A stretch of DNA of 64,000 bases from Flaccisagitta enflata (lineage: Eukaryota): positions 43,524,001 through 43,588,000 of the forward strand of contig OZ231126.1 of assembly GCA_965153355.1 (NCBI GenBank), written 5' to 3'. The notes below the pieces were generated by a model that ran no database searches, was not told the DNA's origin, and worked only from the letters and a program-made list of their open reading frames with translations. Positions 41,969-55,998 of this stretch are shown one piece after another (the stretch's first letter is position 1; the number at the start of each line of letters is the position of its first letter). The translations under genes were made by a program, and so were the position numbers.

Positions 41969-42131
41969 GAACTAACGATGGTCAGCTGCGGAAAGTGGTG
42001 GTGGAAGCCAAGTCGTTGGCCGTTGAGTACAGCGTCATCACTTTGCACGAAGGTTCGAGAATTCTCCCACAGATGGCGATGGACAGAACCAAAGAACACG
42101 TCTACGTTATGTCGGAACATCAGATCGACAA
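41969..42131 (+). CDS. PlexA: Plexin-A-like exon (end of Sema): (G)TNDGQLRKVVVEAKSLAVEYSVITLHEGSRILPQMAMDRTKEHVYVMSEHQID(K)
   Basis: Acceptor ttatcaccag|, donor |gtgaga; 163 nt, phase 1 to 2; GT.DG.L.KVV.E and YVMS motifs. Confidence 0.93.
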
Positions 42132-42141
42132 GTGAGAACAG

Positions 42142-42225
42142 TGTTGATGTGGTTGTTGTTACTATTGTTGTCGTTGTCGTTGTCGTTGTTGTAGTTGTTG
42201 TTGTTGTTGTTGTTGTTGTCGTTAC

Positions 42226-42313
<88 letters not shown>

Positions 42314-42410
42314 ACTATTGTCGTTGTTGTTGTTGTTACTATTGTTGTCGTTGTTGTTGTTGTTGTTACTATTGATGTCGTTGTTGTTGTTGTTGTTACT
42401 ATTGATGTCG

Positions 42411-42459
<49 letters not shown>

Positions 42460-42470
42460 CGTTGTTGTTG
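42142..42470 (+). repeat. (GTT)n imperfect microsatellite just 3' of a splice donor
   Basis: Begins about 10 nt after exon end 42131. Confidence 0.95.
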
Positions 42471-42697
42471 TGTGTTTCTTATGCACATCAGCATTCCACG
42501 TCAAAACATGCAGAAAATCGAAAAAAGATGAATGTATGTAACTATAAGTCTAGAGCATAATGGGAGCACAAACCGCGCCTTCTCTTTAAAGCCTCACCTA
42601 TTTTGCCGTATACATGAATTGAAATTGAAGCATGAAATACCTCAGTCGGCCCAAAAACAACAGTAGAATACCAATCCTAAGAATGTATACGTCAATA

Positions 42698-43384
42698 CCG
42701 GGTGATCAGCCAGAACTGAGTAAATGTATTATGCCATTACTCCTAAACTACCAAAGTAAAATAGTTGGGCATGGTCTAGAATTGAAGAGAATTGTTGAAC
42801 GTTTGCTTATCTAAAAAGAAATCGCCTCTAAATGCTGAGAAACTGCCTTCAAACTTAAATCTCAGTATCAGTCAGTTTGAGATAATGTTGAAATTTTGTG
42901 CAAAATCCTTATCCAATATCAAGTCATTTGACTTTTGATGGAGGTATTTCTGTGCAGTTCCTGTGACTTTCTTATCTACTGCGCCAGTACCGTCGATCTC
43001 AACGAAGCAAGTTGGGGGGTCCCCGAAGTCGCGAGACCTAGGGGCTGTCGATTCTACCCCCCACGGGTCTCCTCGCTGGTCATTTTGGCGCAAAAATGGA
43101 TTATAGCTGTGCCCAATCAACAGATGTATTTAATGAACCAACGACAATAAGTAAATGGAAAAAGTAAATTGTTTCAGTTGCTCCAATTTTGGCACCAATC
43201 TCCAATCATAGAAAATAGTGTTCATGGATGTTACTTTCAAGCTTTTGGGATTACATCATCCATCTTTGGCTTAAAGTAAACGTTCAGTAATTTTCTTTTT
43301 AATGAACCATTGCCCAAATTTCAACTCCCTGTTGTTTAGTTTCAGCGTCCAAAGAGATTTACTCAGTTCCGGCCGATCACCCGG
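42698..43384. mobile_element. Tc1/mariner-type MITE with TA TSD
   Basis: ta|ccgggtgatcagccagaactgagtaaat ... atttactcagttccggccgatcacccgg|ta; more degenerate inverted similarity inside. Confidence 0.8.
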
Positions 43385-43748
43385 TACCATTGCCTCATTC
43401 TTCTTTATCACCCTCTCTCGGATTCTTTAAGTAAACATATTTAAGATAAAGAATAGGTTTCTTTCTTTTTTCTCGAGGAAGTAAAAAGAAGAAGAGGAAG
43501 CAATGATTCTTTATGTGTTCCATCTCAAGAAGGAATCTATCAAAGGCTTCCGCAAAATTTATTTTTTAAAAGCGTCACGTGGGATGAAAATCTATTCCTT
43601 TGAAGAAAAAAAAATGAAGTCTCTCTCTGTCTCATTGTAAATGCTTGGTCTGTCTCCAACTATTTATTTGTCAGTTTTGATATCTGCTCTTACTAGGTAA
43701 CAGGCGCTGTGTGTGTCTCTTAACATCACCGTTCATCTGTCTCGCTGC

Positions 43749-43818
<70 letters not shown>

Positions 43819-44872
43819 CACAACCCTTTTAGCGATAATGGAGGGTGAATATCCTTCAAAACCACAATTTTGGAGGTCCCTCCAGCTTCGTTAAGATTGA
43901 ATATATCAAAAAGAAAAAGGCTTGAATAACAAGAGGAAAGAAAAAAGGAAAGGAAAATGAAGAAGGAGAAAGAAGAGGTGAAGGAGAGCGAGGAGAAAAA
44001 TAGTACAAGAAATCGAAGGAAACTGGTCAAGTGGGGTAAGAATATCAGCGCGTTTAGGGGTCAGGGGCGGAAATGAGCGAGTTTACACTTTGCACTTTGA
44101 GCGAACAAAAACTGACTGACGAGCCTCATAGTCGCGGGTCGGCAAACGAAAACTGGTGCATGGAGGCGAGTCGTCAAAGAAAGAAGACCGAGAAAAAGGA
44201 GTTGTTTAAAAGAGTAAGAGGTCAAGGAATTTTTTTTTCATGCCGTCACGTGACGCATTGATAATAACTACTGGTTAGTTGTTCGGTCCGTTGGGTTTCT
44301 GGGCAGTGTAAAAAAATCCACTCTGTGGCGTCAAATAAGTTTTAAAAGTAAAAGATCAGGGTCAACCAATGGTTTCCCCCGTTTTCCTCTTCCCTTTCTA
44401 CTCTGCAAAAAAAAAAGAAAAAAAATTAAAGAAAAAGAGTAACATACTAAATGGAAAACTAGGAGTGATGCGCGTAATAACTAGTCAGTGAGGGCTCACA
44501 AGGCCCTCTTCCATAAATTTTTAGTTTGGGTATAGTGAGGGATATTGTTCCACCTATCATACAATTTCCATCTTTTTGAAGCCGATGGCCCGATATAGAA
44601 GACAACCTGAGATTTCTAATTGAGAAGTCTTTTTAAAGAAAAGGAAAATAATTTTTTTATCGCCTTCTTCAAAGATAATCTATATGATTATTGTCGAAGT
44701 AGCATCAAGTGCAATTTATTGCGACATGTTTGACAGCAAACAAATGAGTTCGTTGACATGTTGATGACAACAAATCATCTTTTCTCTTCTGTACTTCATC
44801 TTCGCTTTAACTCGAGTCTTTCATGGCGGCGCGCCGAGTAAATGAGGCGCGTCAAATCAAGATTTTTTCCCC

Positions 44873-45117
44873 TTTTTAGATGCGTCCTCGTATCTCTTTA
44901 AGAGGATCTGTCCGTCCATCGGTTGGTACACCGGTCGGGTGATTCATGCCATTTCCTATTACATTGCAAGTCAGTACTTTTCATGAGTGGAATGATTTTA
45001 AAACACTTTGAGGCCCATATAAAGCGATACCTCAGCCGTTGTGGGTCACGTTTAATGCAAAATTCAATACATTTGGAGACAGTCAGGACGCATCGTTGCC
45101 CGATCGGGGTTAGTTTT
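44873..45117 (+). mobile_element. HINE-like family C element
   Basis: tttttagatgcgtcctcgtatctct ... aggacgcatc .. gcccgatcgggg hairpin, ttagtttt. Confidence 0.65.
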
Positions 45118-45878
45118 ACATCTCTCCGGAAGCGGTGATTTTTGCTTCCATTATTTCTGTCATTAACAACTTGAAGAAAATAAATAATCTGGTTGACATG
45201 TGTTTTATCAGTATTTAAAGTCTTTAAATAATAAAGAATTATGGAAAAAATCAAACTTAACGAGATGTTATCTTTTGAAAATGTACAAATAAATGAAGAT
45301 CGTAATTTCATTTCATTTGAAAGTCTTACGCATTTATATAGGTTTAGGATTTGAATTGGCATGAATTCTTTGACATTTAGGTGAATTCAAGTGAGTTACC
45401 TCCCTTTGCAAAAATCCTAGATTTTCTTGCTATCATCACAAACATGAGATTTGAAAGATGAGAAGGGAACTGTGAACTGAATTCGTTTGAGGTTCTTTTT
45501 TTTTTTCTCAGTTGAAGGCTTTTCTTTCTTTGAAAAGGAAAAAAATAAGGAAAAAAGGAAAAAAGAAGAATCGAAGACCTTTGGATTCCTCAGGAAAAAA
45601 AACGAATATTAGAGACAGAGAGACTTCATAAATCGAAAATGAAAAAAAAGGAAAGGGAGAAGATTATTTTATTTTCATTCCTCCTTTTTCTCGACACCAC
45701 TGGGAAACGATTTCCCTTCCGTCTCTTTGTCTGTGTCTCTCTCTCTCTCTCTCTCTCTCTCATTTCTTTCTGGCTTGGCATCATTGCACGAAAAAAAAAG
45801 GGGAGAGAAGGTGCGCGTGTATTTTTTTTTTCTTCCTTTGTTATTTTGTTTTGACGGCGTTTTTTCATTATTTTCTTT

Positions 45879-45921
<43 letters not shown>

Positions 45922-45935
45922 AACACACGACGCAG

Positions 45936-46028
45936 ACTTGCTGTCACCGATTGTTCTGAATACAATTCATGCGACGACTGTACCGGAGCCAGAGACCCTT
46001 ACTGTGGATGGTGTTCCATGGAAAACAG
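45936..46028 (+). CDS. PlexA: Plexin-A-like exon (PSI domain): LAVTDCSEYNSCDDCTGARDPYCGWCSMEN(R)
   Basis: Acceptor gacgcag|, donor |gtgagg; 93 nt, phase 2 to 2; canonical PSI motif C..Y..C..C....DPYCGWC. Confidence 0.95.
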
Positions 46029-46115
46029 GTGAGGCAGAGATAGAGAAAGATGATGTCAAATATCCATCATCCTTTGATATATCCGTTGTCACTTCGTAGG
46101 TATAAATCTGCCTGC

Positions 46116-47224
46116 AGTTGATAAGTCGCACAATTACCGTGCCATATTGCTTACAGGTTTGCTAGTTTTTACTCCCCAAGGCGGGACAATAGGAGCGTGT
46201 ATTTGTTTCCGTCAGTCTGTTGGTAACGACGCACTAAGGGCCACGGATTGGGCTAGATGGCTCTTTGGGTATTTGGGTGAAAATTTTCATCTCTGCTATA
46301 TGGCTCAAATTAAGTAGAATGGTCATAGTAGCATTTGAGCATACATTACCGGTCCATTTGACAGGTTTTATGACAATTTAGAGTAAAAGAAGGCGACCTA
46401 AATGGACATTACTATGAAAAATGCAAAATTTCAAGAAAAATCAATGAATTTTTTGGATTATCTGGTAAGATTACAAAAAGCTCATGATGTCTTCAATATT
46501 GGATTGGATTCCTTCATTAATGTTTAAATGTCTGGAAAACTTAAAAAATCATTTTTTTTACATTTTTAGCACTATTAAATTAGTCTACTATTTTTACATA
46601 TTTGACCTAATTTGCATACTTTTATTACCCTATAAATATATAAAATCGCACAAGGACGCACAATGAGCCACCTATGCCAAAATGTAGTTCATGGGGTCCT
46701 GAATCCAGAATGCTATGTCTCAAGCGGGCCTTTGACGTCCAAATTGCGATTTTCTTGGCCTAAAATGGACAAGTAATAATGTGGATAAAAGTAAAAATCT
46801 ATATTTGATTGGAAGAAAAATGAGCAAAATGAGCTAAATGAGCCAAAAAATGATTTTTTTTTTGAGCACCTTATTGAGGAATCTTATTGAACAAAGACAA
46901 AAATTTAATTGATTGGGTCAAAACATTAGACTATTTAAATTGTAAATGTAAGAGAGTTTAGCAGTATTTCTCACTTTATTTTCTCAAATTTCTCTCTTTT
47001 GTACTCTAAGCTCACAAAGCTCTTAATCCGATAGAAATGAGTCAATATAGGATATAAATAGTTTCATAACATCTGAAAAAGTGCAGAAAAATGTTTTTCA
47101 CTCTGTATAGTTGATAAGTCGCACAATTACCGTGCCATATTGCTTACAGGTTTGCTAGTTTTTACTCCCCAAGGCGGGACAATAGGAGCGTGTATTTGTT
47201 TCCGTCAGTCTGTTGGTAACGACG
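46116..47224. repeat. 116-bp perfect direct repeat (46116-46231 / 47109-47224) bracketing an 877-bp AT-rich insert
   Basis: agttgataagtcgcacaattacc...ctgttggtaacgacg occurs twice, identical by eye. Confidence 0.93.
46232..47108. mobile_element. Probable truncated DNA-transposon fragment (begins CACTAAGGGCC; no matching right end)
   Basis: CACTA-like start exactly at the junction; non-coding AT-rich body. Confidence 0.35.
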
Positions 47225-48606
47225 ATTCGCCGATTTTTTCGGCGTTAGTTCGCGTTGTATGAAATTATTTTACCTAAAAATTCTTTGTTGTATGAATATA
47301 CAAATGACCATGGCTGTAAATCGTAACTACTATACTTGGGTATTTTTATGTATGGGCTTGTTCGCGTTTGTAATATACATTGAGTTTTTGTTTGTTTGTT
47401 TTTTGTGGGGGGGGGGCGCTCGTCCCGAACTGGAGTTGTGCTCGCTTTGTTGTCACTGCTCACTATGGCTTCCACAATCTTATCTCAGACTTGACCTTGA
47501 TTACAGTCATTAGTTTTCTATTTCATCCTTGTTTGCGTCATTGCCCTTCTTTTTTATGGCAATAAAGTCATCGCAGACGTCCTTAATGTCGTCATCGTCG
47601 TGGTCATTGTTGTCATCTTCGTCGACATCAACTTCATCGTCTTGGTCATCCCTTCCGTCCCCATATTTTTCTTCTTTTTTTTTCCTTGATTTGTTGTTGT
47701 TTTTTTTTCCTTGTCATCGTCGTCTTTTTATTCGCCTTGTTTTCGTTTCCCCATAGCTTCATTAACTGCTCTACTGCGCTGGATGAAGCCTGGGGATTTC
47801 TTTTGTTAGAAGCTTCTAATACACTGCAAAGAGGGAATTAAAAAAACACAAACGGGGCTTTCTTTGTTTCTTCACTATGTGAGGAAAAACAAGTTGCCGG
47901 GAAAGAGGAGAAAAGGTGAGAGAGAGGTGTTCTCAGGAAGTGAAATGGGTGCCATTAGAGAGGAAATGGAGTATGGACTGAGGTGGGAAGGGCAACGCCG
48001 TCGCGGTTATAGCCTACTGTGGATGGAGGCTTGTTCGCGAAAGCACCGAGGCTTTGACGCGAGGCGGAATTCATATTATGTACTTTTCCTGTTATCTTCA
48101 TATTTATTCGGTAAATACCGTTGTAATGAAAAAAGGATGGGGAAAAAAATAACCGATTCTGCATTTAATGCGTTTGAGCCTCTTGGATTAGATGAAGGCG
48201 TTGTGAATAGAATCTGTATTTGTCTGAGTCTGTGAGAGTCCATAACCGCGAATCTTTATAAATCTAAAGGATAGAGTTGAACCCAGCAATAACAGCTGCC
48301 AACGGCCTAATGATTCTTATTTGTTGTTATGAATGGATGAATATTAATGCCTTTTTAAGCATTTAAAAAAATTGTTTAAGCATTTACGTTTCCTAACTAT
48401 TTTGAACAGAGTTGCATTATTCTCGGATCCGTTATACCGGAAGTGATTGTGTCATTGAATGCTACCCTACTTCGATGCAGATGCCCAGATGAAATCCTGA
48501 GAAAAATCTTCCTTTGAATAAAAACAACACGCGAGGCAAGCAAGATGGTGCGAACGTAGAAGTCGTCTTACGTTTATTTACCGTTGAGTTTTTTCAGCGC
48601 GGAGAA

Positions 48607-48704
<98 letters not shown>

Positions 48705-49765
48705 AGAGAGAGACAGACAGAGAGACAGAGAGACAGATGGGTGGACAGACAGACAGACAGATGAGTGGAAAGACAGACAGACAGATGGGTGGATAGACAG
48801 ACAGACAGATGGGTGGACAGACACAGACAGATGGGTGGACAGACACAGACAGGTGGGTGGACAGACAGACAGACAGATGGGCAGACAGAAAGACAGAGAC
48901 GGAGCAAGAGTGAAGAGGGAAAAAGTGCACAATTGTTGTCGATTGCCGATGGCGGCATTTCAGCATAAACGTCTTCGTTCTCGTCCTACGACTTTTTAGA
49001 GAAAGAAAAAAAGACAGTCTTTTGTGTGTAAGAAGTCCCCGCGCTCGGAGCCGTGGGCTGTTAGCTTTACTTCTTCCTCCTCTCCCCCTTGCCTTTAGCC
49101 TCTAACACTGTCTATTTTCTTCGGTCTGACTTTTACTCCAACGCACACTGTATTTTTATGCACCGATTGTTTGATACACAAACCCATCCAATGCGACCGA
49201 TAAATACGTTAGAGATGTGTCATCTGTTATCTAAGATGTTTGTTAATGCATCGTACATAAATTTTCTTTTAAACCTTCCTTCCTTCCGTCCTTCCTTCCT
49301 TCCTTCCTTCCCTCCTTCCTTCCTTCCTTCCTTCCTTCCTTCCTTCCTTCCTTCCTTCCTTCCTTCCTTCCTTCCTTCCTTCCTTCCTTCCTTCCTTCCT
49401 TCCTTCCTTCCTTCCTTCCTTCCTTCCTTCCCGCCTTTCCTTTCTTTCTTTCGGCCGTTTGTTCGCTCGTTTGCACGTTCTCGCGCTCTCTTGGTCGCGC
49501 TCTTTTTAGAAAAGGAGGCGGGGATAGAATCTCCCCTTTTTTTTCAATCGGCCCCCTGACGAGAAAGACGAAAGACGAAAGACGAACGCGGGCGCACAAA
49601 TGATGGCTAAACCCATTATCCGGCAAGGGGAAAAAGCCTAGTCAAAGCTCGTCCAACAAACGCGGCGTAACTTGGTTGCAACGCAACTTCGGTGCAACGA
49701 GACGCGCTACGGAGATCCCTCTAAGGCGAGTTCGCGAATGAACGGACAAGCCGCGTGAACGACCG

Positions 49766-50137
49766 ATTGTTGGAAAAAAGTCGAATTACGTAATTCGACT
49801 TTTTGAAACGTAGGGGAGAAATAAAGTTTTTCATTTTTGGTTTGAGACAATTTTAGGAAGTTAAGCCGTTTTGGGGCTGGGATGATACATTTTTTGATAT
49901 TCACAGTTAAGAAAGAGCTAATTTTTCTCTTTCAAATGGCGCCAACCAGAAGTCTCTACGATCATTAGTTTTGGCGCCATGAATTTTTGAATCTTTTTTA
50001 TTTTTTTGCATTTTTGAAAAATTCGATATTTTTCATTGATCCTATCTCTCGGCTTTATGTAACAAGATAGAAAGAGTCAAGATGTTACACAAATTGACCC
50101 CAACTTTTATGACGCTAGCTTTTGCATTCTACTCTGC

Positions 50138-50223
<86 letters not shown>

Positions 50224-50782
50224 ACAAGTCATCCAAGGATCGCACATGGTCAGCGGTACCCGATGCCCTGCTTGGAGTGATTAGCTGAAGAATTGGAGTG
50301 AGAGCAGGGCAGCGGCCCCAAAGGGCCGATGTCCTGTAGGACACAGGGGTGAATTTCCAGACGTCCATGTTCCAGATGTCCATGTTATTCAATAGGAATT
50401 TTGCATTTTTTCAATTTCTTGTCAATTTACCATGTTATTCAATGGGAATTTTAAATTTCTCTCTATTTTTATTAATTTTCTATGTTATTCAATGGGAATC
50501 ATGCAACTTTTCACTTTTTTATAAATTTTCTATGTTATTCAATGGGAAGCTTGTATTTTGTCAATTTCCCATGTTATTCAATGAGAGTTTGAGGCTTGAG
50601 AAGCTTCGGGGGGGGACGTACGGACGTACGGACGTACGGACGTCTGGAAATTCACCCCTGTGTCCTACAGGACATCGGCCCTTTAGGGCCGCTGCCAAAA
50701 AGAGAAAAAGAGAATAGAAAGGGAAAGAGAAAGACAGAGAGAGACACTCACCCCTTACACACAGATAAACAGAGAGAGAGAG

Positions 50783-50844
<62 letters not shown>

Positions 50845-51055
50845 ACACACACACACAGACACACATACACACACGCACACACACTCAAAGACAAAGGAAG
50901 ACCAAGAAAGAGATACAGAGAGACAGATTGAATGACAAAAACAGGCAGGCAATCAACCAGACATCACGAGATGCACACAGAAGAACATGCACTGAAAAAA
51001 AAAGACTCCCATTTACGACTTTTTTCCAGTCGGCGAGAGCCGCCTTTATTGGTAA
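49766..51055 (+). mobile_element. HINE-like family D element (copy 1), interrupted by a nested family B element
   Basis: 5' ggaaaaaagtcgaattacgtaattcgacttttt palindrome; 3' cgacttttttcc then ggcgagagccgcc hairpin and tttattggtaa; collinear with 58371-59214. Confidence 0.78.
50219..50701 (-). mobile_element. HINE-like family B element nested in the (GA)n tract of family D copy 1
   Basis: Inverted repeats ggcagcggccc.aaagggccgatgtcctgtaggacacaggggtgaattt; tail tggtcagcggtacccg; internal ~40-bp atgttattcaatgggaa repeats; absent from copy 2. Confidence 0.75.
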
Positions 51056-53749
51056 TTACTTGTCTGTTGATAAGGCAGCCTGAGCTGTGCAAGGAGAGCC
51101 TGTTTGTTTGAATGGAAACTCATAGGAGAAAAAAAATGAAGAGAAAGAAACACGGCAGTCGCTGGTGGGCAGGGGCAGCAATGCGGGTGGGCAGGGACAG
51201 TATGAGGGGATTTAATGTGGCTGGGCAGGGGCGTAATGCTGAGAAATCAGTATTTCAGCCGATTTCGTGTCATCCAATATTTCGCATTACGGAACTTCCT
51301 TCGGACTAAAAATGAAGTGAAGGAAAATAAGTAATGAAGATGCGAGGGTGCATATATATCTATGAAATAGAGAGAGACGAACGGTAAAAAACACAATTGA
51401 TAGAAAGTCAATATGATATCCACGCCTCCAAAGATTGAATAAAAATATTTTTTTATTGTCTTTGAGCAACGGAAGAAAGTCTAGGAGAGGCGGGGATTAG
51501 AGAAGCAAAATAAAATAGGAAAGAGAAAAAGGAAAAGAATTAGGACCACGAAAGCGACGGCCATATGTCGCCCACGCGTGCGTGGCCTTTTAGCGCTGCA
51601 ATGAGAGACAAAGTCGAAAAGACAGAATCACAAATAAACAGCCAAACAGAGACACAGAGACACAGAGCGAGGCACATAGGAGCAAAAGTATTGGCTCAGT
51701 AAGAGACGTAGGCGGAAGCAAAGAAACAAGGCCAAGTATGTGCGCCGTGTGGATTGTCAAACGGATGCGTTACCGACCAACCGACCGACCAACCGACCGA
51801 CGGACACAGCCAGTCTCTTTGTATTTGATGGTTAAAAGCTAGGTTTGGGCCGAAGCATAAAGTAGTACAGTGGCCGCTTATCTAAATATTTTCCCGAAAA
51901 GACTTTTGGTTAAGTCACGGATGGATGGACTCTACTGCCACCATATATTTCAATTCATCAACCATCAATAAATAAATGGCAAAGATGAAGAGGGTTTCGA
52001 AATTATCGATTTCGCAGAGACAAAGAGGGTTGCTGAATTATCGATTCTGCTTCGATTGATTTAGTGGAAACATGAACAAAAGAACCAGACCAGAATGACG
52101 CGTGAACACAAACGCTATCACGCATCAACGCATCAACGTGCGTTTGAGGGGCGTTGGCCAAGATGTTTGCGCGCTGCTGTTTTGGATATTGTTGAATGTT
52201 GACGGCGGTTGCATATTACAGTGAAACCTCGCAAGAGCGCCCTCCCCCATTTAGTGTGTGAAGTCGCCTACTTGGCGTGAATTTCTGAATTTCTTATATC
52301 GTATACATATCATATCATATGTATGAAGATCCTTTAGTTCTTTCTATGGATATTGACAACCAGGCTCCACCGTAAAGACTGAAACGACGTGCATGGGTCA
52401 CATGGGTCAGATCTTTCAAACAGCGAGGCTGACAAGAATTAGGAAAATGCAAAAAATACCAACTATCGGCATCTTAAGCCTTTCACACATTTGAAAAGGA
52501 TTCTTACGATCTTTGGAATCAAACGAAAGACGAAAGATAACTTTGTAATGGCCAAACGGACAGATGGACAGACGGACAGACGGACAGACGGACAGACGAA
52601 TGGACGGAAAGAGTTAGTTGTTGAGTCGCGAAGTACGTTGATGAAAATTTTGAAACCACTCAGTGTTGGTTTATTGGGAAGCGTTGTTGTGGAGTTACAC
52701 CATACTTTCTATGATGGAATGACGTAACACAGCTCAGATTCGCGTGCCGATGTGAAAAAAAAACCATCGATACAAGATGGTAGCGAATTCGTCACCTCTT
52801 CTTTGCACTTTGCGCTTTGTGGGCAGGCCTCTTGATTCTGGGGCAGCGAGCAGCGCCGCTTGTCGGCAGGGTAATAAGGATATTGGCAGGTCCCGGAAGA
52901 AGAAGAAGAAGAAGGAAGAAGGCGACAAAGACGAGGACTTAATGAAGGGAGGAACGATGGCTAAAGAATAGCAATTAAAGTCAGCTTTAGGATGATTTGC
53001 ATATTGCAGTTTTAAGATTACCACTCCATTGCAATGTCGCTGATTCGATTTACAGTCAATGTGAATTGGAATCATATCTTGAACTAAATCTCAATTATTG
53101 TAAAATGAAGGGAGGAATTCCGATGATTATTGGTTAGTTGTCAACATCGTTCTGCGTTTTACGTAGCATTCCGCATAAGATTTGCGCCGATGAATAAACC
53201 ATTAAAAACACATGTTTAGATTGTAATGAATCCCCTCTTTTACTTACTTCTCCGTTGAAGTGAGAATGCGGATATATGCTGGACTCATGGCAAGATGTGA
53301 ATTTGTCCACTGCTTAGTGAACTCTAAGAGCTTTTTGAGCGTGGTAAGCATGGTAGGCATCATGCTGCCATATAATGTGATAGTGTGGGGGCTTCACCTT
53401 CTGGTCAGCAGCTTTGCAGCAAAGAATTTTGCTTCTCGGCAGAAAAGAGGAATCAAGAGGCCTGTGTGTGGATAATTTGATCATCTGTAACCCACTTATG
53501 GAAAAATCATTCAATATAGAAATCGATTACGGTTTTAACGGTTAAAACACTTTTGCCGCGAGAATTCATTCGTTCATATAACCATTTCCGTCATCCATTT
53601 ATCTAAAAATTCCCAACTGCGCATTCAAAAATGAATCAGATGCATATCTTAATTTGACCATTCATTATATGATTCTATTTTGGTATTATCACTTTCTCCT
53701 TGAGGCATTCCAATTCAAAAATCCAATTGAACATTTTTAAAGCACGCTG

Positions 53750-53999
53750 CTGCAAACTCAACAATTCTGGCGCGCCAATGCATTTACATAATAATTATAT
53801 CATGCACACTGCAACATTTATGGCGCGCCATCGCATTTACTATATGATCATGCTCACTGAAGCAATTCAACATTAATGGCGCGCCATTGTATTTACTATA
53901 TGATCATGCACACCGCAGCAATTCAACATTTATGGCGCCCAATTGTATTTACTATATGATCATGCACACTGCAGCAATTCAACATTTATGGCGCACTGT
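53750..53999 (+). repeat. ~56-bp tandem repeat, about 4.5 units
   Basis: Unit gcaattcaacatttatggcgcgccattgtatttactatatgatcatgcacactgca. Confidence 0.85.
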
Positions 54000-54304
54000 G
54001 ACGCAAAAAAGAAATCCGGAAGTGGAAAAGGGAAAATGTGGAAACGTGAATGAATTTTTGTGGAAGGGTTTTTAACAAAATTGGTTAAGACGGCTAAAAA
54101 AAAAATACTAGAATAAAGGAAGCAAAGGAATTCAGGAAAAAAAAGAAAAAAGTCAGGAAAAAATGGAAAAGAGGGAAGACGAAGTCTGTGAAGCAAATCC
54201 AAGACGAATTTTTCCTATAAGGAATCATGAGAGAGAGAGAATCTGTGATTCAGAAAGGCGCATCTGGAATTTGAAAATATGGTTTACTGGCGTCGAAACG
54301 GCGA

Positions 54305-54400
<96 letters not shown>

Positions 54401-54872
54401 CGAGAGCGAGACTGACACACACTCAAAATCTTAAAAAAAGCCTACTTATTACTCAAGAATTCAATAAAACACACTCAAAAACACTCACTAAAACACACTC
54501 AAAAACCCACTAGAACACACATCAACGCGCTTGAACGACAGCGATAGGTACAGAAGGACATAAACACATTAAGAATTTAAGACAATAAGACACTGAAATA
54601 AACTACAGAGAACGACTACAGAGACAGACGCCATTTAATTCTAAGATTTGCTTGTATTCACACATTAAGTGTAGCAGTACAATTTATTGATGGCTAGGAC
54701 TACAATAAACGGAGGCATCATAATTCATAAATAAATAAAAGACTATGGTGAAAAGACCGTGGCGCATATTTTCATGCATGATGAGGAAAGATACGCCCAT
54801 TGTGAAGGTGAGATAAACCTACTTTGCAATGACGTAGCATCGAAAAACCGCTCGCTTCTTTGTTTTTCTTTT

Positions 54873-55372
54873 TTTTTTAGTTGTGGACACGCCATCTGTC
54901 TGTCCGAGTCGAAAAGTGGAAAAACGAGCATTCTAGATTTTTGGGTAGGTATGTTGGTGGGGGAGCATGGGGTGTGGCAGACATACAGATTGTGGAGAAG
55001 CGAGAAGCGCCGCTTCTCGGAAGCAGGGTGACAGAGTCGGAAGATCATGCAATATGGCTTCAGAAAAAAAATGGCAGAAATGACCTTTGGGTTTGGAAAA
55101 GCATTTAAACAGTTGTCACAAATCATTTTCTAACTGGACGATCTAGAAATCTCAGGTTATATCCATACATCTACTATTTTCATGATTGATTTTACTAAAA
55201 AAGGACTTAACTTTTCCATAAAATCACTGTTTTCAGCTTGTCGGAAACTTGCAAGAAGAATTTTTGCTTCTCGGAAGCTTGGAAGAATATTAGTATCTGG
55301 GGTGTGGATTGGGGTTGGATGCCCCGGCCCACCCGTCCGCAACGATATTGCGACCCCGCGTCACTTGTTTTT
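54873..55372 (+). mobile_element. HINE-like family A variant with longer interior
   Basis: ttttagttgtggacacgc start; 3' gccccggcccacccgtccgcaacgatattgcgaccccgcgtcacttgtttt. Confidence 0.55.
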
Positions 55373-55441
55373 CATTTTCTCTTCGATGTTTGTTTGAGAC
55401 TGGATCTCTGTTTTTCTCTTCATTATTTTCTCCATTTATTG

Positions 55442-55503
<62 letters not shown>

Positions 55504-55919
55504 CTGTCTCTCTGACTCCATCGTTTCACATATTGTTCCTATCTCTCTAGCATATCCGTCACCTTTTTTCACGCTTCATCTTCCTTTTTTCTTTCATTGG
55601 GTATTCTCACGCAAGGTACTTTGCCCTGTATTGAACACTGATCTGAGTTTAATTTAGTCGGCCCGTTTGTTCCTGACCCTTTCTGTCGATGGAAAGCATA
55701 ATTTCAGTTGCCCAATGAAATTTTAACAGTAAATAATTTTTCACTCACTGAGTAAACAAGAAGTATGCCTTTCATGGTTTTGAAAAAATCAACTGATTGA
55801 CATTTTGTCCATATTTACTTTCCATGGCCATATCACTTTCCTTCTTACTTTTTTTCCGATCATCTCGCCACTTGTTGGATTTTTGTCCGTTTATACCTCG
55901 CTCCCTTCTTGTCTGTCTG

Positions 55920-55998
<79 letters not shown>

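Noticed and set aside
48270..48452. Possible pogo/Tigger-like MITE remnant
   Set aside because: Terminal similarity too degenerate to support.
53970..53999. V(D)J recombination signal sequence
   Set aside because: Heptamer present on the minus strand but no nonamer at 12 or 23 nt spacing.
54742..54807. Exon-like 66-nt segment (ag|actatgg...tgtgaag|gtgaga)
   Set aside because: Acceptor has no pyrimidine tract, the plexin phase hits TGA at once, and the flanking exons already join seamlessly across the PSI domain.
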